Below, piece after piece: positions 12,668 through 26,838 of a DNA stretch of 64,000 nucleotides. Made by a program: the position numbers and the translations under genes. This DNA is from Anolis carolinensis. Its lineage: Eukaryota. Below the pieces are notes generated by a model. It did not search any database. It had not been told where the DNA came from and saw only the letters and a list, made by a program, of their open reading frames with translations. The stretch is from the NCBI RefSeq assembly GCF_035594765.1, contig NC_085842.1:22544782-22608781 (forward strand), given 5' to 3'. The first letter of the stretch is position 1; the number at the start of each line of letters is the position of its first letter.

Positions 12668-13197
12668 AAGTACCACCTGCCAGCAGCAAAGAACTGGTGG
12701 GATCGCAAACCTACAAAAGTATTGGAAAATGAGCACGCAAAGATACTGTGGGACTTCCGAATCTAGACTGACAAAGTTCTGGAACACATCACACCAGACA
12801 TCACAGTTCTGGAAAAGAAAAAGGTTTGGATCGTTGATGTCGCTATCCCAGGTGACAGTCGCATTGACAAAAAACAACAGGAAAAACTCAGCTGCTATCA
12901 GGACCTCGAGATTGAACTGCAAAGACTCTGGCAGAAACCAGTGCTGGTGGTCCCGGTGGTGATGGGCACACTGGGTGCCGTGCCAAAAGATCTCAGCCGG
13001 CATTTGGAAACAATAGACATTGACAAAATTACGATCTGCCAACTGCAAAAGGCCACCCTGCTGGGATCTGCACGCATCATCCAAAAATACATCACACAGT
13101 CCTAGACACTTGGGAAGTGTTCGACTTGTGATTTTGTGATACGAAATCCAGCATATCTATCTTGTTTGCTGTGTCATAATAAAATAATAATAATAAT
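12668..13197 (+). mobile_element. 5'-truncated R4/Dong copy in tandem, inserted in the TAA tail of the first copy
   Basis: Highly similar to 12124-12632; ends in (AAT)n. Confidence 0.9.
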
Positions 13198-13502
13198 TTA
13201 TTCCTTACCCACCTCTTCCCATGGCTCGAGGTGGGTTACAATGTATGCTTTCCCCTGATGCTATTAAAATGTATGCCTAGGTGTGTGTGTGTGTGCATGT
13301 GCATGTTTTTCCTCTTATTGTATACCGAAATCTATATGCATACCTCAATGTGTGTGTGGGTGTATAAAATTATGCATGCTTTCTGTTATTGCATGCAGAA
13401 ATTTGCATTTATGTCTTAGTGTGTGTGTCTGTGTATGTTTGTTTTTCCTATGATACATGCAGAAATCGATATGTATGTCTGAGTGTGTGCGCGCATGCAT
13501 AG

Positions 13503-13533
<31 letters not shown>

Positions 13534-13553
13534 TGTATGTATGTGTGTATATA

Positions 13554-13890
13554 CAGTAGAGTCTCACTTATCCAAGCTTCACTTATCCAAGGTTCTGTAT
13601 TATCCAAGGCAGTCTGCCTTTTAGTAGTCATTGTTTTTGTAGTAAACATTACAATGTTTTAGTGCTGAATTCGTAAATACAGTAATTACTACATAACATT
13701 ACTGTGTATTGAACTGCTTTTTCTGTCAATTTCTTGTAAAACATGATGTTTTGGTGCTTAATTTGTAAAATCATAATGTATTTTTATGTTTAATAGGCCT
13801 TTTTTTCCTTAATCCCTCCTTATTATCCAAGATTTTTGCTTATCCAATGTTCAGCTGGCCCGTTTATCATGGATAAGTGAGACTCTACTG
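13554..13890. mobile_element. Tigger/pogo-like MITE; copies at 50945-51273 and 56589-56908
   Basis: TIR CAGTAGAGTCTCACTTATCC with TA duplication. Confidence 0.85.
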
Positions 13891-13928
13891 TATATTCATA
13901 TGCACATATATGCATGCACACCAGATAT

Positions 13929-14597
13929 AGCCCCGGTGGCGAAGTGCATTAAAGCGCTGAGCTGCTGAACTTGCAGACCGAAAGGTCCTAGGTTCAAATC
14001 CCGGGAGCGGCAGGAGCACCCACTGTTAGCTCCAGCTCCTGCCAACCTAGCAGTTCAAAAACATGCAAATGTGAGTAGATCAATAGGTCCTGCTCCGGTG
14101 GGAAGGTAACGGCGCTCCACGCAGTCATGCCAGCCACATGACCTTAGAGGTGTCTACGGTCAACGCCGGCTCTTCGGCTTAGAAATGGAGATGAGCACCA
14201 ACCCCCAGAGTCAGAAATGACTGGACTTAACATCAGGGGAAACCTCTACCTTTACCTATGCATGTGAATGGGAGTCCTGGTGGCGAAGTGTGTTAAAGCA
14301 CTGAGCTGCTGAACTTGCAGACCGAAAGGTCGCAGGTTCAAATCCCGGGAGCGGAATGAGCGCCCACTGTTAGCCCCAGCTCCTGCCAACCTAGCAGTTC
14401 AAAAACATGCAAATGTGAGTAGATCAATAGGTCCTGCTCCGGTGGGAAGGTAACGGCGCTCCATGCAGTCATGCCGGCTACATGACCTTAGAAGTGTCTA
14501 CGGTCAACGCCGGTTCTTCGGCTTAGAAATGGAGATGAGCACCAACCCCCAGAGTCAGACATGACTGGACTTAACGTCAGGGGAAACCTTTACCTTT
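13929..14597 (+). mobile_element. Two adjacent Sauria SINE copies (13929-14257 and 14270-14597)
   Basis: tRNA-like A/B boxes (GTGGCGAAGTG, GGTTCAAATCC), Sauria body and ACCTTT 3' repeats. Confidence 0.85.
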
Positions 14598-15638
14598 ATG
14601 CATGTGAATATGTTTGTGTGTATTCTTTCCCCGCCCTGTATTATTGTGCGAGAAGTTCTGCATAAACAAGACTGCAATTAATTGAGCCTCGATGGACAAA
14701 AGCACTGTGCCCCTGAATTCCTACTGGTGTGAGTTGCCCAGGGCTCATCCACAATTACCAATCAGGCTACTTTGTAGTCCTGCTATATGGTCGAGTGCAA
14801 ATATGTCCTTAGTGGGAAGGGGGGAGATGCTTTTGGGATTTGCTCCTGGTTTGCATTCTCCTCCTCCTCCCTCACGCCCACCTTTGGCCCCTTGGCCACC
14901 TTTTGCCTCCAGGCCTGGCCATACCAGTTCCTTTTGGCAAAGGTGACGCTCTCACCAGCAACTGCTTCTTCCCGGGCTCCTCCGTGGGACAGGAAAGGAC
15001 AGCACCAGACCCACTCTCACCCCCCTCTGCCATTGTTCGCATTTCCTGCCTCTCTGAGACTGGCAGAGCTCGCTGGATTAACCATTGGAGCACCAGGAGC
15101 AGGGAAGGGGGGAACCTGGCTGCTCTCTAGGGATGCATCTACATAGTTGAATCTGCACAGTCAAGCTGCATTCATTCGACAGATTAGATGCACCCTAGGC
15201 TTCCCTGGGTGCCTTGCATTTGGCATGCCACCTGACGCTCATGCACGCCCAGAGTGACATAAGGTCCATCTCTAGTAAATGCAGTTTGGCACTACTAGAA
15301 TTGCCAGGGCTGAATGCTACAGAATAGCAGGAAAAGTAGCTTTGCAAGGTCTTTGGCCTTCTCTAGCCCAAGAGTGCTGGGGCCACACCAGACTACAATT
15401 CCCAGGCTTCTATAGCACTGAGCCATGGCAGTTCAAGTGATGTCGAAACTGCATCCGCCTAACAGTGCAAAAATTGGTTGCACACATCCAAAAAAGGTAA
15501 CAATTGGCTGAAAGATTAAAAGAAACAAAAAATAATAACAGTTGATTTTGTTATTGGGTTACTGTGAGTTTTCCGGGCTGTATGGCCATGTTCCAGAAGC
15601 ATTCTCTCCTGACATTTCGCCCACATCTATGACAGGAA

Positions 15639-16031
15639 TGTCAGAGTATTTGCAGCGCAGCAGTAGTTGGATGGAAGCAGTGGAGCACAGAACAAAGAGA
15701 CACTTTGTAAACTATTTACAAAGTTTTACTGTATGCAGTAGTAATCAACACAAACAGACTTGCAGACGACAGATGAACATCGGACTGTTCTGTTCTCCAA
15801 CAGAACTTGACTCGAATTCTAGGCAGACAGAACTTAACTGACGCAATCGGTATGCACAAACACTTGTGTCTGGATACTCCCTAGTTCCAGCCACACATCA
15901 AGGACATCATAGCTTCTTGGCAATTAACTCTTTCCACACTATGGTACATTCTGGATGAAGCAATCAGTTGCAATTCAAGCATGGCACAAATTGCATTTAA
16001 ACACTATCAATACACAAATCCCACATTAACA
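15639..16031 (-). mobile_element. Solo LTR (~390 bp)
   Basis: TG...CA termini, 5-bp target duplication AGGAA; reverse-complement homolog of 61701-62098. Confidence 0.8.
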
Positions 16032-19000
16032 AGGAATCCTCAGAGGTTGTGACGCCTGTTGGAAACTAGGCAAGTGGGGTTTATATGTCTGTGGAATAAG
16101 GTCCAGGGTGGGAGAAAGAACTCTTGTCTGTTTGAATGTGAATGGTGCAATTGGCTACCTTGATTAGCATTAAATGGCCTTACAGCTTCAAAGTCTGGTT
16201 GCTTCCTGCCTGGGGGAATCCTTTGTTGGGAGCTGTTAACTGGACCTGATTGTTTCATGTCTGGAATTCTCGTTTTCTGAGTGTTGGGCGAAATGTCAGG
16301 AGATGCTTCTGGAACATGGTCATACAGCCTGGAAAACTTATAGCAACCCAGTGATTCTGGCCATGTAAGCCTTCGAACTTATTATTACGTGCCTTCAAAC
16401 CATTGAAGGGATACCCTTAGACAAATCCACCCCACACTTTCCAAGTCTGCAGTCCTCAATGAGTAGTTAGCTTAGAATAGGCTGAGGGTGACCCTTTCCC
16501 TCCGACTCCTGATAGACAGTTGGAATGTATCTATTTCTTCTCTCTTGTTTCTGCTCTCATTCTGATTGGTTATGTAGAATTGATACTTTGCAGGTGCATG
16601 CCTTTTGTCTTTGGCTTCTACTTTTACATCTTGGTGCGTGCTGTGTGTATAGAGATCTCTTTCTGCTTCCGTGTCAAGAGAGGTGTGTGCTTTGAGATTT
16701 TTCCTTCTGTTTTGAACCCTAGAGAGACGGAGTTAGAATAGTAAATAGTAGTTACCTTTTGTAACTATAATGATTGAACAATGCATGTTTGCCTCCCAAG
16801 CTCTAAATTCTTTACAGCCACATGGCACTTCACGCTCTGCTTGCTGTGAGCTGAATCCTCAACCATAAGTATCCTGCTTTTGTATTTTTGGATGCTCTGC
16901 TGTATTTTTGGGTGGTTTTCACTAACAGAAAATCTTAACCATAAGTTCCCAAGTGTGACAAAATCACATCAATCCCGTGGAATAGCTAATGCTCCCTGTT
17001 AAAGCATAGTATTGTGATAAACAAAATCACTGTTGATGTATCCACCACTTCAGAAAGCCTGCAAGAATGTTTTGGTCTTCAAACACTACACATCAGACAT
17101 GGGTCATTCAGCTGCACACACCTGTTAAAGTATAGCATTGTGATAAGCAAATCCACTGCATGTATGTACCACAGTTGTGGAAAGCATGAAAGAAGTACCA
17201 GGCTGAGACATTCTGAGTGTTTTAATCTAATTTTCTGTTTTTGTTTTTAAATTCACAACAAAAAAGTAGGCTAGGTCGGAATCACACAGACACACATCCT
17301 GCCAACTACGGCATATTGTGCTGGGAGTTGCAGTATAGCAACAATTGAAGTGCCACATGCTTTTCAGACTTGATAAGTTCCTTTTAATACCATCCAATGC
17401 AATGGATTAAAATGGCAGGAAAACAGATTCCACTTGATTTTGTGGAATCTTGTATCCGTATACAAAGAACACCAAAACACACTCAGAAAAAGCAGAGCAA
17501 TGATAAAACCTACTCCTTTATCAAAAGAAGCAACCATTTAATACCAATTATACAATCACATCTATATGTCTAATTTATCAATCTTCAATTCTACATTTTT
17601 GTAATGTATCACGGCCATAATGGGCAGAATTAATACTTTTTTTAAAAAAAGGATGGATAAAATACAGATAGAAAATACAAAAGAAGGGTGTGATGAAAAC
17701 ATTATGGTGGGGCTATACAATAAGATCCCTGCACCTGCAGAACTGATATATGCAGGTTCACCAATTTAGTTATCCACTTAGGACCTCCTATACAAGCCAC
17801 ATCCTCTTCTTGGCGCCTCCATTGTTCTTCCCACTGAAAACAGCAAGGTTTTGTATCATCTGCATTTTCATGTCAAAGAACAAATCCTGCAGAGATATAA
17901 GGGCCGTAATATATGGGGGGATAAGAAAAGAACCAGTACAAACAGCAGAAAAATCCAACTGACTGAAATGGTACACAAACAAATACTCCAAATGACAATT
18001 TCACTGCACTTGCTGGACAGCAAGCAGGTCTCAGTTCTGGTTCACAACAACGGTGCTCCTTGTGCATCCAGTCTTCAGAAGCAGCATTGCCTTTTATATC
18101 CAGCCTGTATGAAGACCACTTCCAAAGTCTTCCTTTCAAGCATATCTTCTTCATTCAAAAAGAAGGGAAGCTGCCTCCATCTCTTTTTGGGATTTCCCCT
18201 CCTACCATCTCTGTTATGGCCAACACCTCTCTCCTGGGTCAAGTCAGAAGAGGGCTTTTCATGTAATTTCTAGTTCATTTTCAGCTACAGAAGTGCTAGG
18301 GATGGGTCCAACCAACCATTCAATGGAGCCCTGTGTGTAGAGAATTCAGTGCATTTTCCCTTTGCTTATGGGGCAGACAATAACTCTATTTGGGTATTCA
18401 CATTCATGTTAACATCTCATCACCATCATCGGTGGTCCTTCATGTCAGAGTATAATTGGTGAACATCTAACTGAGGAAGGTGAGAAAGTCTTGCTAATTT
18501 TGTCCAAGCCGTTTATGTACAAGGAGTTTTGAAAACTTCTCTTTTGGGGGGACCACAGGTCCTATAATCCCACACTGGCTCTTGGTCTTATAGTTATGAT
18601 CCAGCAAAATGGGGAACGTTATAAACTCACAGTCTGAATGAGAACCCAACCCACATAGATTAGGTTCACCCCAAAATTGAGTGTGGACCAGAGTGTGGAT
18701 TTTTGGAGTTTAGGAGAAGGAATGGAATACAAAATCAGCTTTGTACAAAAGTAGAAAACAGTCACATACCACATACCAATTATTACAATTCATAGTAAAA
18801 AAAAAAAGAGACCACGCAGGCAAGAGCATTTTATAAGAACAGTTTTCACAACCACATCCAGCCCAGCCCAGGAATCTATAAACGTATTCGCACTGTTTCT
18901 AAAGTTTCTCAAAACTTTGTCAACTATTCTGTAGAAATATCTACAGAAATACCTATGTTGAGAGGGCTATATATTTGGGGTATGGGACATATCATATATA

Positions 19001-19503
19001 CCCGAGTATAAGCTGAGTTTTTCAGACCTTTTTTTAGGGCTCGGCTTATACTCGAGTGAGGGTTTTGGCCGGCTTATATTCGGGTCGGCTTATACTCGAG
19101 TATATAGGTAATATACTTCAGTGCTGGTTGTGGCATGGGGTTTGAATGAATAATCCTGGAGGTCTTTCCCAAATATAGAATGACTGCATGAAGCCATTTC
19201 TCTTAATTAAGTATTCTTGGAAACATGAGCAGGTAAGGTTTTCTTGCTAAGAGACAAGGTGGTACAACAGCAACAACTGGTGAGATGCTGCCTGCCTAGG
19301 TGTGATATCCTGGCTCCCATTAGTTGCCAGCTGCCACCTTGAAACTCAGGAATGATGGGGATTGTAATTGAAAGGCACCCGGAAAGCCATCCTCTCTCCT
19401 ACCTGGACTCAAGTGCTGGAATCAGATCCAAATTCAATCCCATGTGAACTATGAAGTGACTTTGGTCCACTTGGTCTCCCTCTCCCAACCTAACCAACCT
19501 ACT

Positions 19504-20708
19504 TCAAACAATTGTCGTGATGATGTAAGATGAGGGGACATATCCACCCTTGAGTTCTGGAGGTGGAAGCCCTTCTCCAACTTTGAGCATTTCTGTTGAC
19601 CCTTTCCTTGGCCCATGGATTTTCTGGTGGCTAACAAGGTGGGTCCTCCGGTTGAACCTCTTCCCACATTCGGGGCAGCCATAGGGTCTCTCTCCAGTGT
19701 GGATCCTCTGATGGCTAATAAGGTTCGTGCTGCGGTTGAACTTCTTCCCGCAATCTGTACACTCAAATGGCTTTTCCCCCGTGTGAATCTTCTGGTGCAT
19801 CTTAAGGCCCGACCGACGGCAGAAGCTCTCGCCGCAGTCTGGGCATGTGTACAGTTCCCTCGCCGTGTGGATACTCCGATGCCGAACGAGGTGTTTGTTC
19901 CGGCTGAAGCATTCACCACAGTCCATGCACTTAAAGGTCTTTTCCCCCGTATGGTTTTTCTGGTGTCTGATATAAGTCGACCGGTCGCAAAAGCTTTTAT
20001 CACAGAGCAAACACTTATAGGGCTTCTCCCCCGTGTGGCTTCTCTGGTGGGTGATGAGGTGGTGGCTTTGGCTGAAGCTTTTCCCACATTCAGTGCACTT
20101 ATATGGTCTATCCCCTGTGTGAAGCCGCTCATGCCGAACCAGACTCGATTTGTCGCAGAACTGTTTGCGGCAAGAGGAGCAAGTGTATGGTTTCTCCCCC
20201 GTATGCATTCTCTGGTGCGAAATAAGGTTGGAGCTGCGGCTGAACCCCTTCCCACAGTCTGTGCATTTAAACGGCTTCACTCCGGCATGGATCCTGCTAT
20301 GGCTGTTGAGGTGCGAGCTCCGCCGGAAGTGTTTCCCGCAGTCCAAGCATTCGTACGGTTTCTCTCGGCCATGAATTCGTATGTGCATGATAAAGCCGGC
20401 TCTAGAGATAAATGCCTTTCCACAGTCGGAGCACTCATAGAGTTCCTCTCCAGTCTGGCTCCTCTGGATTTTATTGAGACTGTGGAACAGCCGGTCACTT
20501 GGTCTCTTTCCTTTGGATATCGTTTGCTGGGTCGTGACATCGGAGAGGGCCTCCAGCTCAGGGGTAGTGGATTCACTCTTAAGCATTTCCATTTCCTGCC
20601 CCTGTGGACTGCTGGGATTGGCTTGATTTGAAACTGTTTCTTCCAAATCTTGAGAATTCTCTCTTTTTGGCAACATCTCCTCCTTTTCATTCTCACTTTC
20701 ATCCCCTG
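19504..20708 (-). CDS. Gene B last exon: 10 C2H2 zinc fingers
   Basis: TTTCAG|CAG| tandem acceptor (phase 1, in frame with the ORF); 10 C2H2 units. Confidence 0.95.
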
Positions 20709-22397
20709 CTGAAATATGGACAAAATAAAAAGATGACCATCACACCTTCATTTTCCAAGGTTATACAAGCTTCCCCCACCATTCGATGCTGCTTCCGATT
20801 GCTCCCTCCCATGAATACCTGAAACCATGAATAATACCAAATTGTATATTTTGATTAGACTTGTGTTGGTAATAGCCACCTCCCAAGCCTTTCACTATTT
20901 ATTTGTTAATGTATATATTTGCTAACTTGTATTCTATGTGTATGTTGAATTGACACTTTGACTCTACCTCTTTGGTTTGGGAGGGGTTATAGACATGTGA
21001 TTGTACTGAGCATGTTCAGACTTAGGACTCCATTTTGTATTCAGTGTCTGTTTAACATCTCATTAACATGTATGTGTCTGCTTAACACCTTAGTGGAGGT
21101 GGAAATATCGCTTAACACCTCAGTGGAGGTGGATGTATGTTTGCATCAGACCTCAGTAGAGGTGGATGCATGCTGTTGTCTGGACTTCAGTAGAGAAGTA
21201 TGACTTATGAACTTCTATACCTAAAGACTATGGACTATTGATCAAGAATGATACCCTGTGTACTCAACACCCAGAGAACTACATCCTATCTATAACTGAA
21301 CTTAAATAAGAAATGTGCCTGAATGGTGAATTAATACAATATGTTTGTGAGTAAACAAGATATGTTATTTTTCAAAGACTTTGTTTTTTTTATCGCTGTG
21401 TTAATATCTTAAACTAAGAGGTTTCAAGGTAGTGTATATCTTTTGGGAAAATTACAAATTACAATGAGGGATAATGATCAATCCTACAAAAGGACACACT
21501 TAATGGTCCTCAAATGAGGGACATTCACAAGCAGGAGTCAACTTGAAATATCCAGCATGCAAAACATGTACTCTGGAAATTACTGAGTGATGGTCCATTC
21601 CCAAGCAAGCAAAGGCACAAATAACAGAAAGATTGACAAGGAAATTGGAAAAACGAATAGAAAAGTTTGGTGACAAGCAGTCTCTAGCCCAGAGTTTTCC
21701 AAACTGTGTTTCATGATGCATTAGTGTGTTGGCCAAAGTGTGTAAGTATGTCACGTGAACGTAATGAACAACCTCTGAGTCTATGTGAAATATTAAATAA
21801 TATATTTTTAAAAAATATCATGCAAGATTTTCATGAGATATGTTGTGCCCCCATACATGTCATTACTACAATTTAAGTATATGCGTCCATATCTCTTATA
21901 AGGAGTTGGTTTAACCTCTGGTTTGCTAATAAAACTGAATTACTGTGCTACAAAATAATGCATGTCTAAAAGTGTGTCACCAACATGCAATGTTGGGAAA
22001 GCTCTACCTTACACCTGACTAGTGTGGGTCCTGATGCTTTATGACACCCCCAAAGTCTCCCATGAACTCCCCATTTAAGAAATCCTACTGTGACTTCTTC
22101 ACCAAGAATGGTATTCAATGTCCCCTAATAGGACACAAACATACAGAGAAAGCCCACATCTATTCCTCTAAATGCCCCAGAATCCTTGGCATCACAAAGA
22201 ATATTGTTTTCTTTCCTAAATGGCAACTGAAGGCAAAGCAATATTATTTCTGAAGGAAACAGCTATTTTGGAACACAGGGGATGTGGAAATGGGTGTAGC
22301 CCATGGGGAGTGGAGGGAAAAATCGGCACCTAGTCTTTGTGAATTGCCTATCCCAAGAGTAACTGTGCATCCAGATTCAGCAATGGTCTGTCCTTAC

Positions 22398-22521
22398 CTA
22401 TCACGCTGCCATCTTCCTCCTCCTGCTTAACTTCCTTGTAGAGCTGCTGGAGGTTCACATCTAGAGAACCATTCTCTTCCCCTGAATAACCCAAATCTTC
22501 CTCTTTTATCATACTTGGCAC
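22398..22521 (-). CDS. Gene B exon 2: 124-nt degenerate KRAB-A-like exon
   Basis: TTGCAG|GTG acceptor and ATAG|GTAAGG donor, phase 0 to 1. Encodes LDVNLQQLYKEVKQE, resembling KRAB LDxxQRxLYRDVMQE. Confidence 0.85.
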
Positions 22522-23333
22522 CTGCAATAAGGGAGAATAGGTTGCTTGTTTATTATATTTATATGTGACAAATACAGACTGGAAGGAAGAAATCATCTGT
22601 AAGGTAATGATGGCTTTTTAACAGTTTACTTGATTGGATTACTGTAATATGTAATTCTATTTTAATATTTATATTTTGTAAACTTTACATTGTGAATTTT
22701 TAAGGTTGTGAGCCGCTTTGTATCCCAGTCCTGGAAGAAAAGTGGGGTATTATTACTATTAGTACTACTACTACAATTCAATTCTATCACTGTTTCTGTA
22801 TGGAATACATTCCAAGGAAGGACTTATTTTTAGCAGTTAAGTGACTCAAAAAATCAACAGCCGGTTCAATTCATATACGAGAAATGATCCACAGGACTGA
22901 AATTGTGGAAAATCATCTTCTAGAGCAGTACTCCCCAAACTTTGTTCTTTCCGATGTTTTGGACTTCAGCTCCCAGAATTTCCAAATGTCAGTCAAGTTG
23001 GCTGTATCTATGCTGCATAAATATAGCAGTTTGATAGCAATTTAACTGCCATAGCTAAATATTATAGAATTCTGCAATTTGTAATATTGTGAAATAGTTT
23101 TCCTTCATTGACAAAGTGCTCTGGTACCACAATGAACTACAAATGCTAAGAATCCACAAGCTGGAGCAATGGCAGTTAAAGTGGTGTCAAACTGCTATAA
23201 TCCTACAGTGTGGGTGCCTCTTAGTGGATATCTGGGATAAAAAAAGATTAGAAAAAATTAGGTCCCATGTGGTTTGTGAACCACACTTTCCACATCCACA
23301 CCAGCTAAGCAGTGACAAACAGTTATAATTCTG

Positions 23334-23570
23334 GGGTTGTTGTGTGTTTTCCGGGCTGTATAGCCATGTTCCAGAAGTATTCTCTCCTGACGTTTTGCCC
23401 ACATCTATGGCAGGCATCCTCGGAGGTTGTGAGATATACCTCACAACCTCTGAGGATGCCTGCCATAGATGTGGGCAAAACGTCAGGAGAGAATACTTCT
23501 GGAACATGGCCATATAGCCCAGAAAACACACAATAATCCTATGATTCCAGCCATGAAAGCTTTCGACAAC
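23334..23570. mobile_element. Penelope-like element remnant: two inverted terminal repeats
   Basis: ~105-bp inverted arms; 15-bp target duplication ACAGTTATAATTCTG (23319-23333 and 23571-23585). Confidence 0.8.
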
Positions 23571-24075
23571 ACAGTTATAATTCTGCAGTGTAGATGGCCT
23601 CCTAGATGGTATTAAAAAGAATTTGGGGGCATAAAAGAATCAGAAATAAATAGTCCCATGGGTAGCATATGGACTACACTTTCTCAATTCTTGACTTAAG
23701 TATTTCAAAAAGGCTGAGGGGGAACATGATAGCCATGTTTACATATCTGAAAGAATATCATATTGAGGAAGGGGCAAGCTTGTTTTCTGCTGTTCCAGGG
23801 ACTAGAATTCAAATTGCAGGAAAAAGATTGCACCTGAACATTAGGAAGTACTTCCTGACAGTAAGAACTGTTCGACAGTGGAATATGCCACTGCCTGGAA
23901 TTGTGGTGGAGTCCTTACTCTGGATATTTTTAGATTGAGCCTGGATGGCTATTTGTCAGAGATGCTTTGATTCTGCCTTCCTGCATGGCAGAGAGTTGGA
24001 TTGGGTGGCCCTTGCGGTCTCTTCCAACTCTGTGATTCTATCTGAAGCTTACGATTCTTGTAAAACTACTCTCAC

Positions 24076-24894
24076 CTGCTGCTGTTCATCTTGCTGATCT
24101 TGCTTCTCAGCCTGATGCTGCTGTAGGAGAAAATGCTCGGCGAGGGCCACGGCGTGGAAACAGCTCTCTGAATCCCGCTCCCTTATCCAGCTCAGCATTT
24201 CCCGGGGCAAGATGGAGAGGAACTGTTCCAGGATCACCAGCTCCAGTATCTCCTCTTTCGTGTGTGCCTCTGGCTTCAGCCACTGGTGGCAAAATCTCCG
24301 GAGCTGGCAGTAGGCTTCCCATGGCCCCTCAGCATCTTTGTAGTCAAACTGCCGGAAATGTTGGCGCTGACTTTCCGAACTCAGAAGATCATCACCACCG
24401 CCGCCGCCACCGTTTTCTCTTGGTGATTCATTGCCCTCTCTTCCACTCATAAAGTTTAGTCTTTGGGTTTCCCCCATTGTTTTGCCAAGTCTAGTTATTT
24501 TGGCAGTAGCCCAGTGGCGTGTGGCTACTACTCCTTCCAACTCTGGCAAGGAGTTATTTCCATCTTCCCTCAGATGATTTTCTGGCTGATGCAGGCTGCT
24601 ATGTTCAGACATTGGGGAATGTGGTGTGTGCAGAAAGTCTGGCCACTGCGTCTCCAACTGCTGGGATGATGCACCTTGGATTAATTTCCACTTTATGCAT
24701 TGCTTTGGGGCTGCTGTTACTCTTTGAGGAGCCATTTCTACAGGGACAGCCAGAGTGCCTTCCCCAATTCTCTGCAAATCTCTTTCTGATTCCAGTTCCT
24801 GAACCTCCATTTTTATTTGAGACCTTCTCTCTGGCTCTACAATGACTCTGAAAAGTCCAGGAGTCGAGAATTCTGTTTTCTTCTCAGTAGTCAT
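24076..24894 (-). CDS. Gene B coding exon 1: N-terminal region + SCAN domain (~715 aa over 3 exons)
   Basis: SCAN motif [55 protein letters not shown]. Donor CAG|GTGAGA after 24076; upstream acceptor TTTTTTCCAG| before 25107. Which ATG starts the protein is uncertain. Confidence 0.88.
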
Positions 24895-26253
24895 TTTTTC
24901 TTATTGGGGATGAACCCAATTCAGCTCCTTCCTTTCATGATTTCTTGGTTTTACTGAAAATTTGATCACAGAAAGAACTACTTTTTCATCATGGCAAAAC
25001 AATGGTGTATTGCCACAGCACTTTTTCTATGATGTGGTTTATCTTCAGGCATCCAGGCAAATTAATATTGGTTGAGACTCCAATGGCCATGTTTCTCAGT
25101 TGTTTCCCTGGAAAAAAGACATAAAAACAGTAAGATCTCCACCTTTGCTAGTGTTAGGGGCAAAGGACCCCCATGAAAGTGAAAAATCACAAATTATGAA
25201 ATTGCATATTTTCCAGCTTGAGATAACACTTCCTTAGGAATTTTTAGGTCCTGAAGGGCAAGTCTACGGGCAATTTTCGCTGGACACAGAATCACATCAG
25301 AAGACTTAGGTCTCTTCTACACTGACATATAATCCAGATTATCAAAGCAGATAGTCCACATTCTCTATTTTGAAAAGGATTATATGAGTCTACACTGCCA
25401 TATAATCCAGTTCAAAGCAGATAATCTGGATTTTATATGGAAGTAGAAGGGGCATTAGAGATTCCTAGAAAAGTGGTCTCTCTAGAAATCTCTAGGAGGT
25501 TGACAGATTGGCCCTGTTCATTTATCAGTCAGCACGCCAAAGCCTTAAATCAAGAAAGAGTTTTCTAAGATCTACAGAGATACTTGCAGGAACACCTCAG
25601 CAAGCGATAGTCCAAAAGTGTCAGTCTAAAACCCAGAATGTCAATCTAGATATTCAGTTTTAATCAAGTCCAGAAATAATCATATCCACAAAAGTCTATT
25701 TGGACACATTGCTAATATAAGTCTAGAATTGTGAATTCTTCAGCAATTCTGAAGCTGTGGTTAGACTGGTTTCCCATGCGATGGCTCAATGATACGGAAT
25801 GCCATGGAGGAGACATGATGAGGTCTACCCAGTTTCACCTAAAATAAGACATCCCTGGAAAATAAGACCTAGTAGAGGTTTTGCTGAATTGCTAAATATA
25901 AGGCCTCCCCGAAAGTAAGACCTAGCAAAGTTTTTGTTTGGAAGCATGCCCACTGAACAGAACGCCAGAGCTTGCAAGATCGGTAAATTTACATACCATA
26001 GAGTGTTGTACATGGAAATAATGGTAGTAACAAGAAATTCTTGATAGGATTCAGTTTGTCTGGTTATGCTGGTTTGTGATGACAACTACTGTACAGTATA
26101 TAATAAATGTTCATTTTTTGTTCAACAATAAATGTAAATTCTTCTTCATGGAAAAATAAGACATCCCCTGAAAATAAGACCTAGAGCATCTTTGGGAGCA
26201 AAAATTAATATAAGACACTGTCTTATTTTCAGGGAAACATGGTATGTATAAAT

Positions 26254-26792
26254 AGGTAAAGGTTTTCCCCTGACACTAAGTCTAGTCGTGCCCGACTCTG
26301 GGGGTTGGTGCTCATCTCCATTTCTAAGCAGAAGAGCTGGCATTGTCCGTAGACACCTCCTAGGTCATGTGGCTGGCATGACTGCATGGAGCGCCGTTAC
26401 CTTCCCGCCATACCTATTGATCTACTCACATTTCCATGTTTTTGAACTACTACCGTGTTTCCCCGAAAATAAGGCAGTGTCTTATATTAATTTTTGCTCC
26501 CAAAGATGCTCTAGGTCTTATTTTCAGGGGATGTCTTATTTTTCCATGAAGAAGAATTCACATTTATTGTTGAACAAAAAATGAACATTTATTATATACT
26601 GTACTCATAATAATCCTTATGTTTTATTGCTGCATTTTAACTTTGTCTTATTAATGGATTGATTTTAATTGTATGTTTTAATTTTCATTCGTGTGTTTTT
26701 GGTATTTGATGTTTTATGTATGTATACTTGTTTTGCATTTGTAAGCCGCCCTGAGTCCCTGCGGGGAGATAGAGGCGGGGTACAAGAATAAA

Positions 26793-26838
<46 letters not shown>

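Larger units (their letters stand above)
8991..12669 (+). mobile_element. Full-length R4/Dong (Rex6-like) RLE-type non-LTR retrotransposon inserted in (TAA)n
   Basis: Flanked by (AAT)n at about 8946-8990 and 12650-12669. Single long ORF with RT motifs, a zinc knuckle and a restriction-like endonuclease. Confidence 0.92.

Noticed and set aside
19615-20631. Long antisense ORFs over finger arrays (also 3439-3900, 47484-48191, 52563-52991)
   Set aside because: Expected shadow frames of repetitive C2H2 codons; no independent domain or splice evidence.
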